From a virus, in IMG/VR virus record IMGVR_UViG_3300045988_131541, positions 1-42,668 of that record: a stretch of DNA of 42,668 nt. One strand, 5' to 3'. Both the position numbers and the translations under genes were made by a program. The notes under the pieces are model-generated. The model was not told the DNA's origin. It was given only the letters and a program-made list of their open reading frames with translations, and did not search any database. This document shows, in pieces, positions 25,507-33,798 of this stretch; positions within the stretch are counted from its first letter, which is position 1, and every line of letters starts with the position of its first letter.

Positions 25507-25935
25507 TTAATTCTCACTTCCTATGCTACCGACATTTGTGTCGCTACCATCTAATAATTCTTGTAAAACATATTGAACTAATTCTGTTATAGTATAATTT
25601 TTTGTATTCATCATATCTTCAAGTTTTTCTGCATAAGATTCAGAATTTAATTTTTCTATCTTGTCTTCTATTTTTGATTTTAAAATGAAGTTTAACTCAA
25701 TTGTTTGTGGAGTATAAATATGTGTTTTGTCATATTCTACTTGTTCTTCTAACCTATTTTTTTCTTTTAATACTCTTTTATAAGCTGATAAAATTGTTTC
25801 TTGAATATTTATTAGTTCATCAGCTCTATTTATTTTTTCTTTATTGTTTTTTTCGTATTCTATCCAATGTTCCATTATTTTTATACTTTCTTCTATATTA
25901 TTTTCCACTACTCGTCCTCCTCTTCTTCGTATCAT
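25507..25935 (-). CDS. Hypothetical coiled-coil protein
   Basis: 142-aa ORF. The ATG overlaps the upstream stop (ATGA). An alternative GTG start at 25908 follows SD GGAGGA. Confidence 0.6.
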   Translation of the reverse strand: MIRRRGGRVVENNIEESIKIMEHWIEYEKNNKEKINRADELINIQETILSAYKRVLKEKNRLEEQVEYDKTHIYTPQTIELNFILKSKIEDKIEKLNSESYAEKLEDMMNTKNYTITELVQYVLQELLDGSDTNVGSIGSEN

Positions 25936-26048
25936 TCAAAATAATCTAAAATTCTATGTGCTAACTCCATTGAATTTTCTTTGCTTATGTGTATTTGAAC
26001 TCCATTAAAACATATAATTGTTTCTTCATCATTAAAATTGATTGCCAT
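25932..26048 (-). CDS. Small hypothetical protein (38 aa; not in the ORF track)
   Basis: Hand translation: MAINFNDEETIICFNGVQIHISKENSMELAHRILDYFE. It fills the gap exactly and is coupled at both ends. Confidence 0.4.
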   Translation of the reverse strand: MAINFNDEETIICFNGVQIHISKENSMELAHRILDYFE

Positions 26049-26049
26049 A

Positions 26050-26274
26050 CTATTTTCTTCCATCTTTACCCTCCTCGAAAATCTTTTCTGCTTTATTATA
26101 ATCAATCATAGTTAATACTGAACACATTGTTTCGTAAGACATTTCATTGATTTCTTTATCTGTTTTACCTAATTTAATACCTTGTGGCATTACCATAGAG
26201 TTTCTTATAACCATAAATAACGCTAATTTATATTTATTTTTCATTTTATTTAATATTTCTTCTCTTTCTTTCAC
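26050..26274 (-). CDS. Hypothetical protein
   Basis: 74-aa ORF. GTG start in a TTAAGTGAAA coupling junction. Confidence 0.55.
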   Translation of the reverse strand: MKEREEILNKMKNKYKLALFMVIRNSMVMPQGIKLGKTDKEINEMSYETMCSVLTMIDYNKAEKIFEEGKDGRK

Positions 26275-26757
26275 TTAAAACACCTTTCTTTCTAATTTTA
26301 TTTTTCTTGCAGTGCATTTATATTCTTTTTCGCTTTTACCATTATCTGAATTTACAATTAAGATTTTACCTAATACATCTTTAACTGGTATTAAATATCC
26401 CACACATAAGCAACTAATAATTATATCGTCTTTAAATTGTTCTCTTACATCATAATAATTTGCTCTTATAAATTTAATGTGGTCTGTTTCTATTGGATTA
26501 CAACCATCTATATTTATATCAATACCTATATAATCAATTCCTGCATTTACAAATAAATAGCCAAATAAATTTAAATTACTTCCAACATCTATTACTCTTT
26601 TAGGTTTATATTCTTTTACTTTTTCTAATATTGCTTGATACCATTCAAAACTTACTGGGCTTTCTGATAATTCATATTCAAGATAATATGGTTCTTTATC
26701 TGTTCCATAATTATTTATCTTTTTAAGATATTCTATGCTATCTTTAAGATTTTTCAC
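26275..26757 (-). CDS. Putative class I SAM-dependent methyltransferase-like protein
   Basis: RVIDVGSNLNLFG (motif I-like), DYIGIDIN (post-I-like) and DDIIISCLCVGYL. This is a weak, motif-level call. Confidence 0.4.
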   Translation of the reverse strand: MKNLKDSIEYLKKINNYGTDKEPYYLEYELSESPVSFEWYQAILEKVKEYKPKRVIDVGSNLNLFGYLFVNAGIDYIGIDINIDGCNPIETDHIKFIRANYYDVREQFKDDIIISCLCVGYLIPVKDVLGKILIVNSDNGKSEKEYKCTARKIKLERKVF

Positions 26758-27033
26758 TTAAAACACCTCAATTTCTTCTGCTTTTTCTATACTAACAGTT
26801 TCACAAACTTTTAAATTAAAGAATGTAAATTTTCCTGTTTGATAATCTATTTTTAAGTCTACTTCACACATTGTTTGTTTTAAACATTCAAATATCCATA
26901 AAGGTAATTTAATATATTTAGGATAGCTATGATACTTTGCAACATAATCATGTATTCTATTATTGACAATACATTGTAATTCTAAATATTCAATGCTATC
27001 TTTAGTTGTTCTTTTATTTATTTTTTCTTTCAC
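26758..27033 (-). CDS. Hypothetical protein
   Basis: 91-aa ORF coupled to its neighbours. Confidence 0.55.
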   Translation of the reverse strand: MKEKINKRTTKDSIEYLELQCIVNNRIHDYVAKYHSYPKYIKLPLWIFECLKQTMCEVDLKIDYQTGKFTFFNLKVCETVSIEKAEEIEVF

Positions 27034-27293
27034 TTAATCAGCTCCCTAATTCTCTTATTTAATATCTTACTTTCTCTTATCATGTCTTGTTCTATTTCAC
27101 TTTCTATATATTTTTTAGTGTCCCAGTTATCTTCTTCTACTAATTGCATTTTTTCTAAACTATCTAATATATCAATTAACCATTCTTCTGTTACCGTTCT
27201 ACCTTTTAGCTTTAATGCATACACTTGTCTTTGAATATTCCATAACATATATCTTTTTCCTATTACTTTTAATGTTTCATCATTTTCTTTCAC
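27030..27293 (-). CDS. Hypothetical protein
   Basis: 87-aa ORF with a 4-nt overlap downstream. Confidence 0.55.
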   Translation of the reverse strand: MKENDETLKVIGKRYMLWNIQRQVYALKLKGRTVTEEWLIDILDSLEKMQLVEEDNWDTKKYIESEIEQDMIRESKILNKRIRELIK

Positions 27294-27309
27294 TATGTAT
27301 CACTCCTCT

Positions 27310-27576
27310 CTAATTTATAGGAAATAAAACTATACATTTTTGTGCTATATCTTTATTAGCTTCATATATTTCTCTCTCAAGTTCATTTTCATCATCTATA
27401 TATTCTTGATTTAAAAATTGTCCGCTCCAAGTATTGTTTGGAATGTAATATCCATTTCCAAAACCTAATGTTCCTTCAAGTGGACTATAATAGTTCCCTT
27501 CCCCATCAGCACTTAGTATAACTTCTGCATTTTCATCTTCTAATTTCAATTTTTCTATTAACTCTTTAACTTTCAT
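27310..27576 (-). CDS. Hypothetical acidic protein
   Basis: 88-aa ORF with an SD upstream. Confidence 0.55.
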   Translation of the reverse strand: MKVKELIEKLKLEDENAEVILSADGEGNYYSPLEGTLGFGNGYYIPNNTWSGQFLNQEYIDDENELEREIYEANKDIAQKCIVLFPIN

Positions 27577-27591
27577 ATCTTATTTACTCCT

Positions 27592-27804
27592 TTACTTTAG
27601 ATTGTTGTTAGTTACTCTATGTAGTGGTTTTATACTTAAATCATTAATTGCTAAATTGTTATATGCTAAGCATCCACACACATGCACCCATATCCATATT
27701 TTTCCCACATCTATAACTTCACATTTGAGTGATATTTTTGAATTGTTTGCTCCAGTTGTATTCCAATATAATATTCTACCAACTTCTATGTCTTTTTTTA
27801 ACAT
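27592..27804 (-). CDS. Hypothetical protein
   Basis: 70-aa ORF with SD AGGAGGAG upstream. Confidence 0.5.
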   Translation of the reverse strand: MLKKDIEVGRILYWNTTGANNSKISLKCEVIDVGKIWIWVHVCGCLAYNNLAINDLSIKPLHRVTNNNLK

Positions 27805-27817
27805 ATCTATTCTCCTC

Positions 27818-28117
27818 CTAATAACTAACTCTTATTATGTAACTGTTAAATTCTGGTTGATAATCTATACTTAGTCTTAAATCTTGCATTTTATCTATTC
27901 CGTATTTTTCTATTTGCATTCCACCTCTTAAATTTCCTATATGATTAGTTATTGCAAACTTTACTATATTTTCTAATTGCCTAGTATAAACACTAGATTC
28001 GATTTGTTTATCTAATTTTTTTCTTAATCTCCTATTTGATAATCTTTCTGTTTCTAAATCATCTCTTAATTTTATAAGTTCTTTATTTAATCTTTTTACT
28101 TTTCCTTTAACACTCAT
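27818..28117 (-). CDS. Hypothetical basic coiled-coil protein
   Basis: 99-aa ORF with SD GGAGGAG upstream. Confidence 0.55.
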   Translation of the reverse strand: MSVKGKVKRLNKELIKLRDDLETERLSNRRLRKKLDKQIESSVYTRQLENIVKFAITNHIGNLRGGMQIEKYGIDKMQDLRLSIDYQPEFNSYIIRVSY

Positions 28118-28126
28118 TTTCTCCTC

Positions 28127-28357
28127 CTACTCCTCAATATCGCTTATTCCTAAATAATCTAGCATATCTGTATAACATTCTTTGCACATATTACATAATT
28201 TTCGTGGTGAGTTTCCATTTTTTGCGACTGAAACAGTTATTCTGTCTAATGTAAAATTTCCACATCTTACACAAAATTTTTTATTGTTGCTTTGTATATT
28301 AAACATAAATTGCTCAAATTCTTTTTTGTTCATGTTCTTTATATCTTCAAAATTCAT
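28127..28357 (-). CDS. Hypothetical zinc-finger protein (CxxC...CxxC)
   Basis: 76 aa with CVRCG and CNMCKEC. SD GGAGGAG. Confidence 0.55.
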   Translation of the reverse strand: MNFEDIKNMNKKEFEQFMFNIQSNNKKFCVRCGNFTLDRITVSVAKNGNSPRKLCNMCKECYTDMLDYLGISDIEE

Positions 28358-28412
28358 CTTCTCCTCCTACTTTATAGCAATTAGCCATATAAATTTCTTT
28401 TGTTAGTATTGT

Positions 28413-28790
28413 TTATATTTCGTCATTCTCACAAGTATCGTCTGGTATCAAATGTGTTTCATCAACAAATATTAGTTTTGGATAATCTGGAAATCCTTCA
28501 AACATAGCAATATGTTTTACTTCTCTTCCATTTACATAGTCTCCAACTTCTATTAAATCTATTAGTTGTTTGCTGTGTTTTAAAAATATTTTATTGTTAA
28601 ATTTTTCTTCGTGCCATTCTGTTTCACTTTTCCATAATTCATTTGGCAAATCTCCGCTCCATAACTCATCTGAAATATCATCAAAAATATATATTTTTTG
28701 TTCTTCACAGCCATCTACTTTCCTTATTTCTATCAATTTTGATATTCCATACTCTGTTCTCACATATTCTCCAATTTCTATCTCACTCAT
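28413..28790 (-). CDS. Hypothetical acidic protein
   Basis: 125-aa ORF overlapping the upstream gene. Confidence 0.55.
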   Translation of the reverse strand: MSEIEIGEYVRTEYGISKLIEIRKVDGCEEQKIYIFDDISDELWSGDLPNELWKSETEWHEEKFNNKIFLKHSKQLIDLIEVGDYVNGREVKHIAMFEGFPDYPKLIFVDETHLIPDDTCENDEI

Positions 28791-28980
28791 CTTTCTCCCT
28801 CCTCAACATATACACCGTATCCTTTAGCGATTCTATTTCTATATCTTTATTCTTTAATTCTTCTGACTTATCCCCTGCTAATATTCCACATACATACCCT
28901 ATCATGAAACACACTATTACTATTATCACCACTCTTATACACTCACTTATTTTATATATTCTCTTATCATATATCTTCAT
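28783..28980 (-). CDS. Small membrane protein
   Basis: 65 aa with one TM helix (VVIIVIVCFMIGYVCGILAG). SD AAAGGAGAG. Confidence 0.5.
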   Translation of the reverse strand: MKIYDKRIYKISECIRVVIIVIVCFMIGYVCGILAGDKSEELKNKDIEIESLKDTVYMLRREKDE

Positions 28981-29157
28981 ACTTCTCTCCTTTATTCTCT
29001 TTTCTATCTATATTTTGGTGGGCGACCTCTTGCTATTTTGTTTGTTATGAGACTTAATTCATCGGCTTTAAAACATTCTTTGTAACCATATATCATTTCT
29101 TTGTATAGATACATATTCTTGTTGCATTGCTGTATCAATATGTACTCATGTCCATCT

Positions 29158-29478
29158 TTACTTATTATCTTCGGTATTCTCATATTCTTTTATCTTTCTA
29201 CCAGAATAATATTCGTTGTACATTTGCATCCAATCATCTAGCCTCATTGTTACCAACCAATCTTTTCTATTTTTTCTGTGAAATACTGTAGGGAACTTAT
29301 TGTCTTTTGTATCTCTTACTGCTTGTTCAATTGCTTTATCTATATTTAACCTTTCAACTCTTTTGCTTTCGATGTGTATATAATCAAGTCCTACTACATC
29401 ATCTGCTTGTCCAGTATTCCCACAAAACTGTTGTGTTCTTCTACATTTATAACCGTATTCTTTTAATTTGTTTGCCAA
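29158..29478 (-). CDS. Putative PD-(D/E)xK Holliday-junction resolvase-like nuclease
   Basis: D..(V)GLDYIHIESK gives a D...ExK arrangement. TTG start preceded by AGGAG at 8 nt. Motif-level call. Confidence 0.5.
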   Translation of the reverse strand: MANKLKEYGYKCRRTQQFCGNTGQADDVVGLDYIHIESKRVERLNIDKAIEQAVRDTKDNKFPTVFHRKNRKDWLVTMRLDDWMQMYNEYYSGRKIKEYENTEDNK

Positions 29479-29507
29479 TTCTCTTTCTCCTGCACTTCCG
29501 TTTCTTT

Positions 29508-29675
29508 TTACTGTTTATTGCCATTTTTCTTTAGCTCCTCTCTTAATTTTTCTTGCCAGTTTTCAACTCCTGGTACAAAGCCTTTACATCTCATTACTGG
29601 CTTATAATTTTCGTTTTCTTGTTTGTTACAACCCATACAATAGTAGCAAAGCGTATTACTCTCTATTTGTTTCAT
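29508..29675 (-). CDS. Small Cys-rich protein (55 aa; not in the ORF track)
   Basis: Hand translation: MKQIESNTLCYYCMGCNKQENENYKPVMRCKGFVPGVENWQEKLREELKKNGNKQ. It fills a gap that has no other annotation. Confidence 0.4.
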   Translation of the reverse strand: MKQIESNTLCYYCMGCNKQENENYKPVMRCKGFVPGVENWQEKLREELKKNGNKQ

Positions 29676-29678
29676 AGG

Positions 29679-29981
29679 CTAGTCCTCTGGCATTTCGTAA
29701 GTTTTAGGTATATTAAATATATTAGGTTGTATATCCATTTGGCCTTGCATTATTGCAGGTCCTCCAGTCAATTGTAAATAACTAGAATACTTTTGTACTA
29801 TTTCTGCTAATACTTTTTTTGCTCTTTCTTCTGTATTATATTTTCCTAGTCCTTCATAAGAATTGTTACAATCTTCATACTGAATATAACAACCTTTGTC
29901 ATCTTCATCAATCGTAATATATATTTGTAATATATTATCAAAATTTATGATTCTATTTTTTTCTTGGCTTACTATTATCAT
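29679..29981 (-). CDS. Hypothetical protein
   Basis: Start moved to the ATG at 29981 (SD AAGGAGG), which removes the overlap with the upstream gene. Confidence 0.55.
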   Translation of the reverse strand: MIIVSQEKNRIINFDNILQIYITIDEDDKGCYIQYEDCNNSYEGLGKYNTEERAKKVLAEIVQKYSSYLQLTGGPAIMQGQMDIQPNIFNIPKTYEMPED

Positions 29982-29991
29982 AACTACCTCC

Positions 29992-30312
29992 TTAAAATGG
30001 TAACGGTTCATTTCGTTTATTCATCTCATCTACTAATTCATTTACTTTTTGAGCTATCAATGTTATCTTATCTCCTGTTAGCCTACCTTTTAAATCTAGT
30101 TTTTCTATTTCCCAAGGTCTCTTTGCTATCTTAAACTCTGTTTCTGTATCACATAAATATCTAGTGTCAAATTCCCCTGGATTCCAATTTAGTTTTTTAT
30201 CTTTATATGTTATATAAGCGATATGTTTTCCTTCTTTTGTCTTTACTTCTATTTTTGTATTCTCCTCTATCTCTTCATTATGTATTCTTTCAAATAATTC
30301 ATTACTTTTCAT
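29992..30312 (-). CDS. Hypothetical protein
   Basis: 106-aa ORF with SD GGAGG upstream. Confidence 0.55.
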   Translation of the reverse strand: MKSNELFERIHNEEIEENTKIEVKTKEGKHIAYITYKDKKLNWNPGEFDTRYLCDTETEFKIAKRPWEIEKLDLKGRLTGDKITLIAQKVNELVDEMNKRNEPLPF

Positions 30313-30321
30313 AACTACCTC

Positions 30322-30654
30322 CTAATAACTTGGTATGTGATTTTCATTTTCAAAAATCATTTTTTCTAAATTTGTTGTTTCTCTATATACTGCAACTTCT
30401 TTGTTTGTAATGCTACATTTCTTTGTTTTTTCTGTTGTTACAAAACCTAAACTTTCTAACTCTGTTATTCTTGGTCTCGCATTGTTTACATCTGCCGTAT
30501 TTGTGTAGTGCTTTTTATATAATTCTTGTACTATCTCCCTTGTTGTCATTTCTTTATTTTCTAATATCTCTAATATTTGCTTATGTCTTTCACTTAAATG
30601 CTCTTGCATATCTTTATAACTCTTATGTCTTGTCATAAATGTTATTGTATTCAT
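30322..30654 (-). CDS. Winged-helix DNA-binding protein (MarR-like fold)
   Basis: HKQILEILENKEMTTREIVQELYK.. followed by a wing-like segment. Motif-level call. Confidence 0.45.
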   Translation of the reverse strand: MNTITFMTRHKSYKDMQEHLSERHKQILEILENKEMTTREIVQELYKKHYTNTADVNNARPRITELESLGFVTTEKTKKCSITNKEVAVYRETTNLEKMIFENENHIPSY

Positions 30655-30669
30655 TTGTTAATCACACTC

Positions 30670-31077
30670 CTATCTAAATAATTCGTACTCTAGTTCTATC
30701 CTTTTGCGTCTGCAAAAATCTTCTATTTGTTTATATTTTTCTATTTTCTGTTCTATTTTTTGCAATTCATTACTTACTTTTTTATTTTGGACCAATTCTT
30801 TATATACTAGCTTTCTTAAGAATTTTTCCGTATCTACTTGACTGTATGTTCTTCCTGCTTTTGAGCTAAAATAGTTTAAAGTTATAATCTTTCCATAATA
30901 GCTCTGTATTGTTTCTAATTTATATCTTCCATTTTCTAATACTCTCTCATATAATGTGGTAGAACTTTCGTAACAATCTGAACTTTCGTGCAATAAGAAT
31001 TTTTTACCTTCATAGTCAAAATATATAGCCCACGCTTTTACTTTTCTTATCTTTATTTTATTCGCTATCATTTCCAT
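30670..31077 (-). CDS. Hypothetical protein
   Basis: About 135-aa ORF. The ATG at 31077 is preferred over the GTG at 31086. Confidence 0.5.
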   Translation of the reverse strand: MEMIANKIKIRKVKAWAIYFDYEGKKFLLHESSDCYESSTTLYERVLENGRYKLETIQSYYGKIITLNYFSSKAGRTYSQVDTEKFLRKLVYKELVQNKKVSNELQKIEQKIEKYKQIEDFCRRKRIELEYELFR

Positions 31078-31082
31078 TTTTA

Positions 31083-31391
31083 TCACACTCCTTTGTTTGC
31101 ATAGAAATTGTTTAAATTGTCATATTGTCTTTGTTCATAATTTTTTGCATTTTTAGGTTTATCATTTTGTTTTTTATTATCATTATATCGCCCTTCTAAT
31201 ACATTAGTTGCTTTGTCGGTCCTCATAAGGAAGTCAAAATTTGCTTTCCAGCCATTATCATTTTCTCCTATAAGGAAATCTGTTGAATTAGCTATTTCGC
31301 ATATGTTTTTAAACTGTTCTTCCGTAAATTCTTCAAGAAATTTGTCTATAGCCTTGTTTCGATTTTCTGTCAATTTTTGAACCTGTGGCAA
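31083..31391 (-). CDS. Phage conserved C-terminal domain (Phg_2220_C-like) ORF, probably the 3' part of a split replisome-organiser gene
   Basis: NGWKANFDFLMRTDKATNVLEGRY motif. Only a TTG start with no SD. Its frame stays open upstream to 31508. Confidence 0.5.
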   Translation of the reverse strand: MPQVQKLTENRNKAIDKFLEEFTEEQFKNICEIANSTDFLIGENDNGWKANFDFLMRTDKATNVLEGRYNDNKKQNDKPKNAKNYEQRQYDNLNNFYANKGV

Positions 31392-31483
31392 TTTTGTGCA
31401 AACAGAATTGTAAATATCTTTTATTTCATTTCTTTTCTCTTCTTTTTCTTTTCTCTTATCTTCTTTTCTCTTAGGAGGTACTG

Positions 31484-31852
31484 CTACTGTATCACTACCG
31501 TAGTAATACTACACCGTTCCGTTTCAAGTCTTGGAAAATCTGTTCCTGTAGGTTTATTGATTGTTTGATGTTTTAGAAAATTAGGGAGATAATAGTAGGT
31601 TTGTTCTTCATATTTATACAAAACTAACATTTTTAATCCGCCTAAGTGGGAAAGCCATTTTTCTAAATCGGAAGCTCGTAAGTCGTCATACGGAAATATC
31701 AAGGACTTTAACAACTTCGGATTTGCTCTGCCGTATCCTTCATCATCAGCATTACTTATTAAACCCATAAACAATAATCTTTCTTGAACAGAACATTCTC
31801 CAACCTTTTCATCTGTCCAGAAATTAGGAGATATCATTCTTTTTCTTGCCAT
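31484..31852 (-). CDS. Phage replisome organiser, N-terminal domain
   Basis: RKRMISPNFWTDEKVGECS..RLLFMGLISNADDEGYGRANPKLLKS pattern. Good SD. Confidence 0.65.
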   Translation of the reverse strand: MARKRMISPNFWTDEKVGECSVQERLLFMGLISNADDEGYGRANPKLLKSLIFPYDDLRASDLEKWLSHLGGLKMLVLYKYEEQTYYYLPNFLKHQTINKPTGTDFPRLETERCSITTVVIQ

Positions 31853-31865
31853 ACTCTCTCCTTTC

Positions 31866-31900
31866 GTAAAAATAAGGGCTAAAACTTATGTCTAGCCCTT
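31866..31900 (-). terminator. Rho-independent terminator after the lipoprotein/membrane pair
   Basis: Minus strand: AAGGGCTA (31893-900) / TAGCCCTT (31874-81), an 8-bp stem with an 11-nt loop, followed by ATTTTTA. Confidence 0.6.
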
Positions 31901-31907
31901 GTTGCTC

Positions 31908-32294
31908 TTAATCTATAATCATTAATCTTGTTTCTATGTCTGTAGGTATATTACCCTCAAAAACGAAACTATTCTTTAGTATATATTCGTTATATGTATT
32001 TGCTGTTTTATTTGCTCTCATCTTTGCTTGCTCTGCCCAACTTTGTTTTTCATCGCTTGTACTATTTTTATATTGCTCATATGTTGCCCTATCTGTCTTA
32101 TAGCTTGCAATCATACTTCTGCAAGTATCTTCTACCTTTTTTATGGTGGAATAACTTGTTCTATCTCCTATTTTTCTATCTATATAATCTACTTTGTTTG
32201 TAAACCAAGTATTAAACCAACCTCCCAATACTCCTATAACTGTTAATATAATAATTAGTATTATTATTCCTATTGTTATTAAAAAACCTTTCAT
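31908..32294 (-). CDS. Membrane-anchored protein (N-terminal TM helix)
   Basis: 128 aa with GFLITIGIIILIIILTVIGVLGGW. ATGA-type coupling to the lipoprotein gene. Confidence 0.6.
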   Translation of the reverse strand: MKGFLITIGIIILIIILTVIGVLGGWFNTWFTNKVDYIDRKIGDRTSYSTIKKVEDTCRSMIASYKTDRATYEQYKNSTSDEKQSWAEQAKMRANKTANTYNEYILKNSFVFEGNIPTDIETRLMIID

Positions 32295-32863
32295 TATTGA
32301 GCCTCCTTATATGTTACTACTGCATCTTTTACTTCAAACGGAATATCACTATATAGATATGTGCCTGACCATTCTACATATTTTCCATCTGGTGTAAAAA
32401 AGAATATTCCATTGTCGTTTGAACCATAAGAACCGTCCACATCTGGTAACCACTTATTTTCTCTTGAATATGAACCACCATAAACTAATTCATAATATTC
32501 GCTATCTGGCGTTAGGAAACTATTTAAACTTGATATTTTACCATCTACAATAAACTTACCTGCACAAGCTCCATTTTCTAAAAATAATGCTATATAACCC
32601 AAAGGTTTTTCTATTTCGCAAACCAATGTGTTGGCTTTTTCTCTTTGACCATTAACCCAATATGTTCTTCTGATCAAGTTATATCTTTCTAAGCTATAAT
32701 CGATATCTGTCGGTGTTGGCTGATTTTCTGCCAATGTGTTCCCCATATTTAAAGTTGCTTCTACATCTTTCTTAGTATTAGTGCTTGCAACCTCTGTACA
32801 ACCAGTTAATGTAACTAATGTAAGTATTAAAATTCCCACCATAATAATTAATTTCTTTTTCAT
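32294..32863 (-). CDS. Lipoprotein (signal peptide plus lipobox LTGC)
   Basis: MKKKLIIMVGILILTLVTLTGC is a classic signal peptidase II signal. Confidence 0.75.
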   Translation of the reverse strand: MKKKLIIMVGILILTLVTLTGCTEVASTNTKKDVEATLNMGNTLAENQPTPTDIDYSLERYNLIRRTYWVNGQREKANTLVCEIEKPLGYIALFLENGACAGKFIVDGKISSLNSFLTPDSEYYELVYGGSYSRENKWLPDVDGSYGSNDNGIFFFTPDGKYVEWSGTYLYSDIPFEVKDAVVTYKEAQ

Positions 32864-33249
32864 TTTTCTTTCCTCCTTAAATAACTTTTTCCTATTAATT
32901 TCATAAATTCTTCTTCTGTATGTGTTTTCATATATTCTTTTTGTGTATCTATTCTTAATTGTTTTATAACATTTTCATTGTCGTGGCATTTTCTACATAT
33001 TAGTTTTACAAATTTATGTTGTATACTTCTTTTTCTATTACTTCCACCATAAACTTCATGTGGGTCTAAATGTCTTGAATAGTTGCCACAAAACTCGCAT
33101 ATTCCTTCTTTTACTAGGTTTTCATCTCTTTGCCTCTCCAGTTTTACTAACTTCTTGCTTTTCTTTTTAATTGTTGTAACTTCTTTTTTCTTTTCTGCCT
33201 TTTTTTTAGGTACTGGATTAAAACTGTTTGATAAATCTGTTACTATCAT
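32860..33249 (-). CDS. Zinc-binding HNH/NinG-like protein
   Basis: CEFCG..HLDPHEV..N..LICRKCH pattern after a lysine-rich N-terminus. Motif-level call. Confidence 0.4.
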   Translation of the reverse strand: MIVTDLSNSFNPVPKKKAEKKKEVTTIKKKSKKLVKLERQRDENLVKEGICEFCGNYSRHLDPHEVYGGSNRKRSIQHKFVKLICRKCHDNENVIKQLRIDTQKEYMKTHTEEEFMKLIGKSYLRRKEK

Positions 33250-33272
33250 TTTTACCTCTTTTCGGGGGTCAT

Positions 33273-33322
33273 GGCACTAATAAATTAGGCTCCTTGCTTG
33301 TCTCTAAACTTCTATTAGTGCC
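33273..33322. repeat. Perfect 10-bp inverted repeat separated by 30 bp in an intergenic gap
   Basis: ggcactaata (33273-82) and tattagtgcc (33313-22). Confidence 0.8.
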
Positions 33323-33328
33323 AATGTT

Positions 33329-33793
33329 CTATATTTCATATCTTATTGCTTCTATTTTCTTTTTTAAGGCATTTTGTTTACTATCTATGCTCTCATACGC
33401 CTTTTTAAATCTAAACAGCCTAGAGCCTAATTCTGTTAACTTCTTGCTATCATCTTTTACAAACTCTTTTGCCATAGCTTCAAAATAACTCATTGCTGGT
33501 GGCTTTTCTTTTTGTGTCTCTTGCCATTGTTTCCTTTGCATATAAATTTGTTTATTTTCTTGTATTGATATATCTGTTTTTAGTGTGTCATATTCTTGTT
33601 GTAATCTTGCTATCATTTCCCCTATTAGATAATTCATATTTGCATATATTTCTATATTTTTTGATACTTCAAATCCCGTGTTCGGATTTTCTATCAATTC
33701 ATTTTGCAATTTGGTATATGTATCTGCTATCTTTTGACTATCTGCGTTTTGAATTGTAAATGGATTAAACATATATAATTTTTCAAATTCCAT
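33329..33793 (-). CDS. Hypothetical protein
   Basis: 154-aa ORF in the recombination module. Confidence 0.55.
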   Translation of the reverse strand: MEFEKLYMFNPFTIQNADSQKIADTYTKLQNELIENPNTGFEVSKNIEIYANMNYLIGEMIARLQQEYDTLKTDISIQENKQIYMQRKQWQETQKEKPPAMSYFEAMAKEFVKDDSKKLTELGSRLFRFKKAYESIDSKQNALKKKIEAIRYEI

Positions 33794-33798
33794 TTTTG

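Noticed and set aside
26269-26768. An identical 17-nt string tttcacttaaaacacct at 26269-85 and 26752-68, with a partial third copy near 27025, and similar KDSIEYL peptide starts in two adjacent genes.
   Set aside because: It is explained by reuse of the same translational-coupling junction (SD GGTG, then stop TAA abutting the GTG start, minus-strand TAAGTG) between small early genes. It is too short to call a mobile element or a meaningful repeat.
28981-29157. A possible 36-44-aa ORF on the minus strand (MYLYKEMIYGYKECFKADELSLITNKIARGRPPKYR, 29004..29114) in an otherwise empty gap.
   Set aside because: There is no SD before either the ATG or the upstream TTG, and the ORF is very short. The evidence is not sufficient to report it as a feature.
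29478-29530. A possible frameshift in an A run upstream of the resolvase-like gene. An ATG at 29524 reads MAINSKKK.., and removing one A would give MAINSKRNGSAGERELANKL.. in frame.
   Set aside because: The annotated TTG start at 29478 has a well-placed AGGAG 8 nt upstream, so the gene is plausibly intact as it stands. The alternative needs an assumed indel and cannot be judged without homologues or reads.
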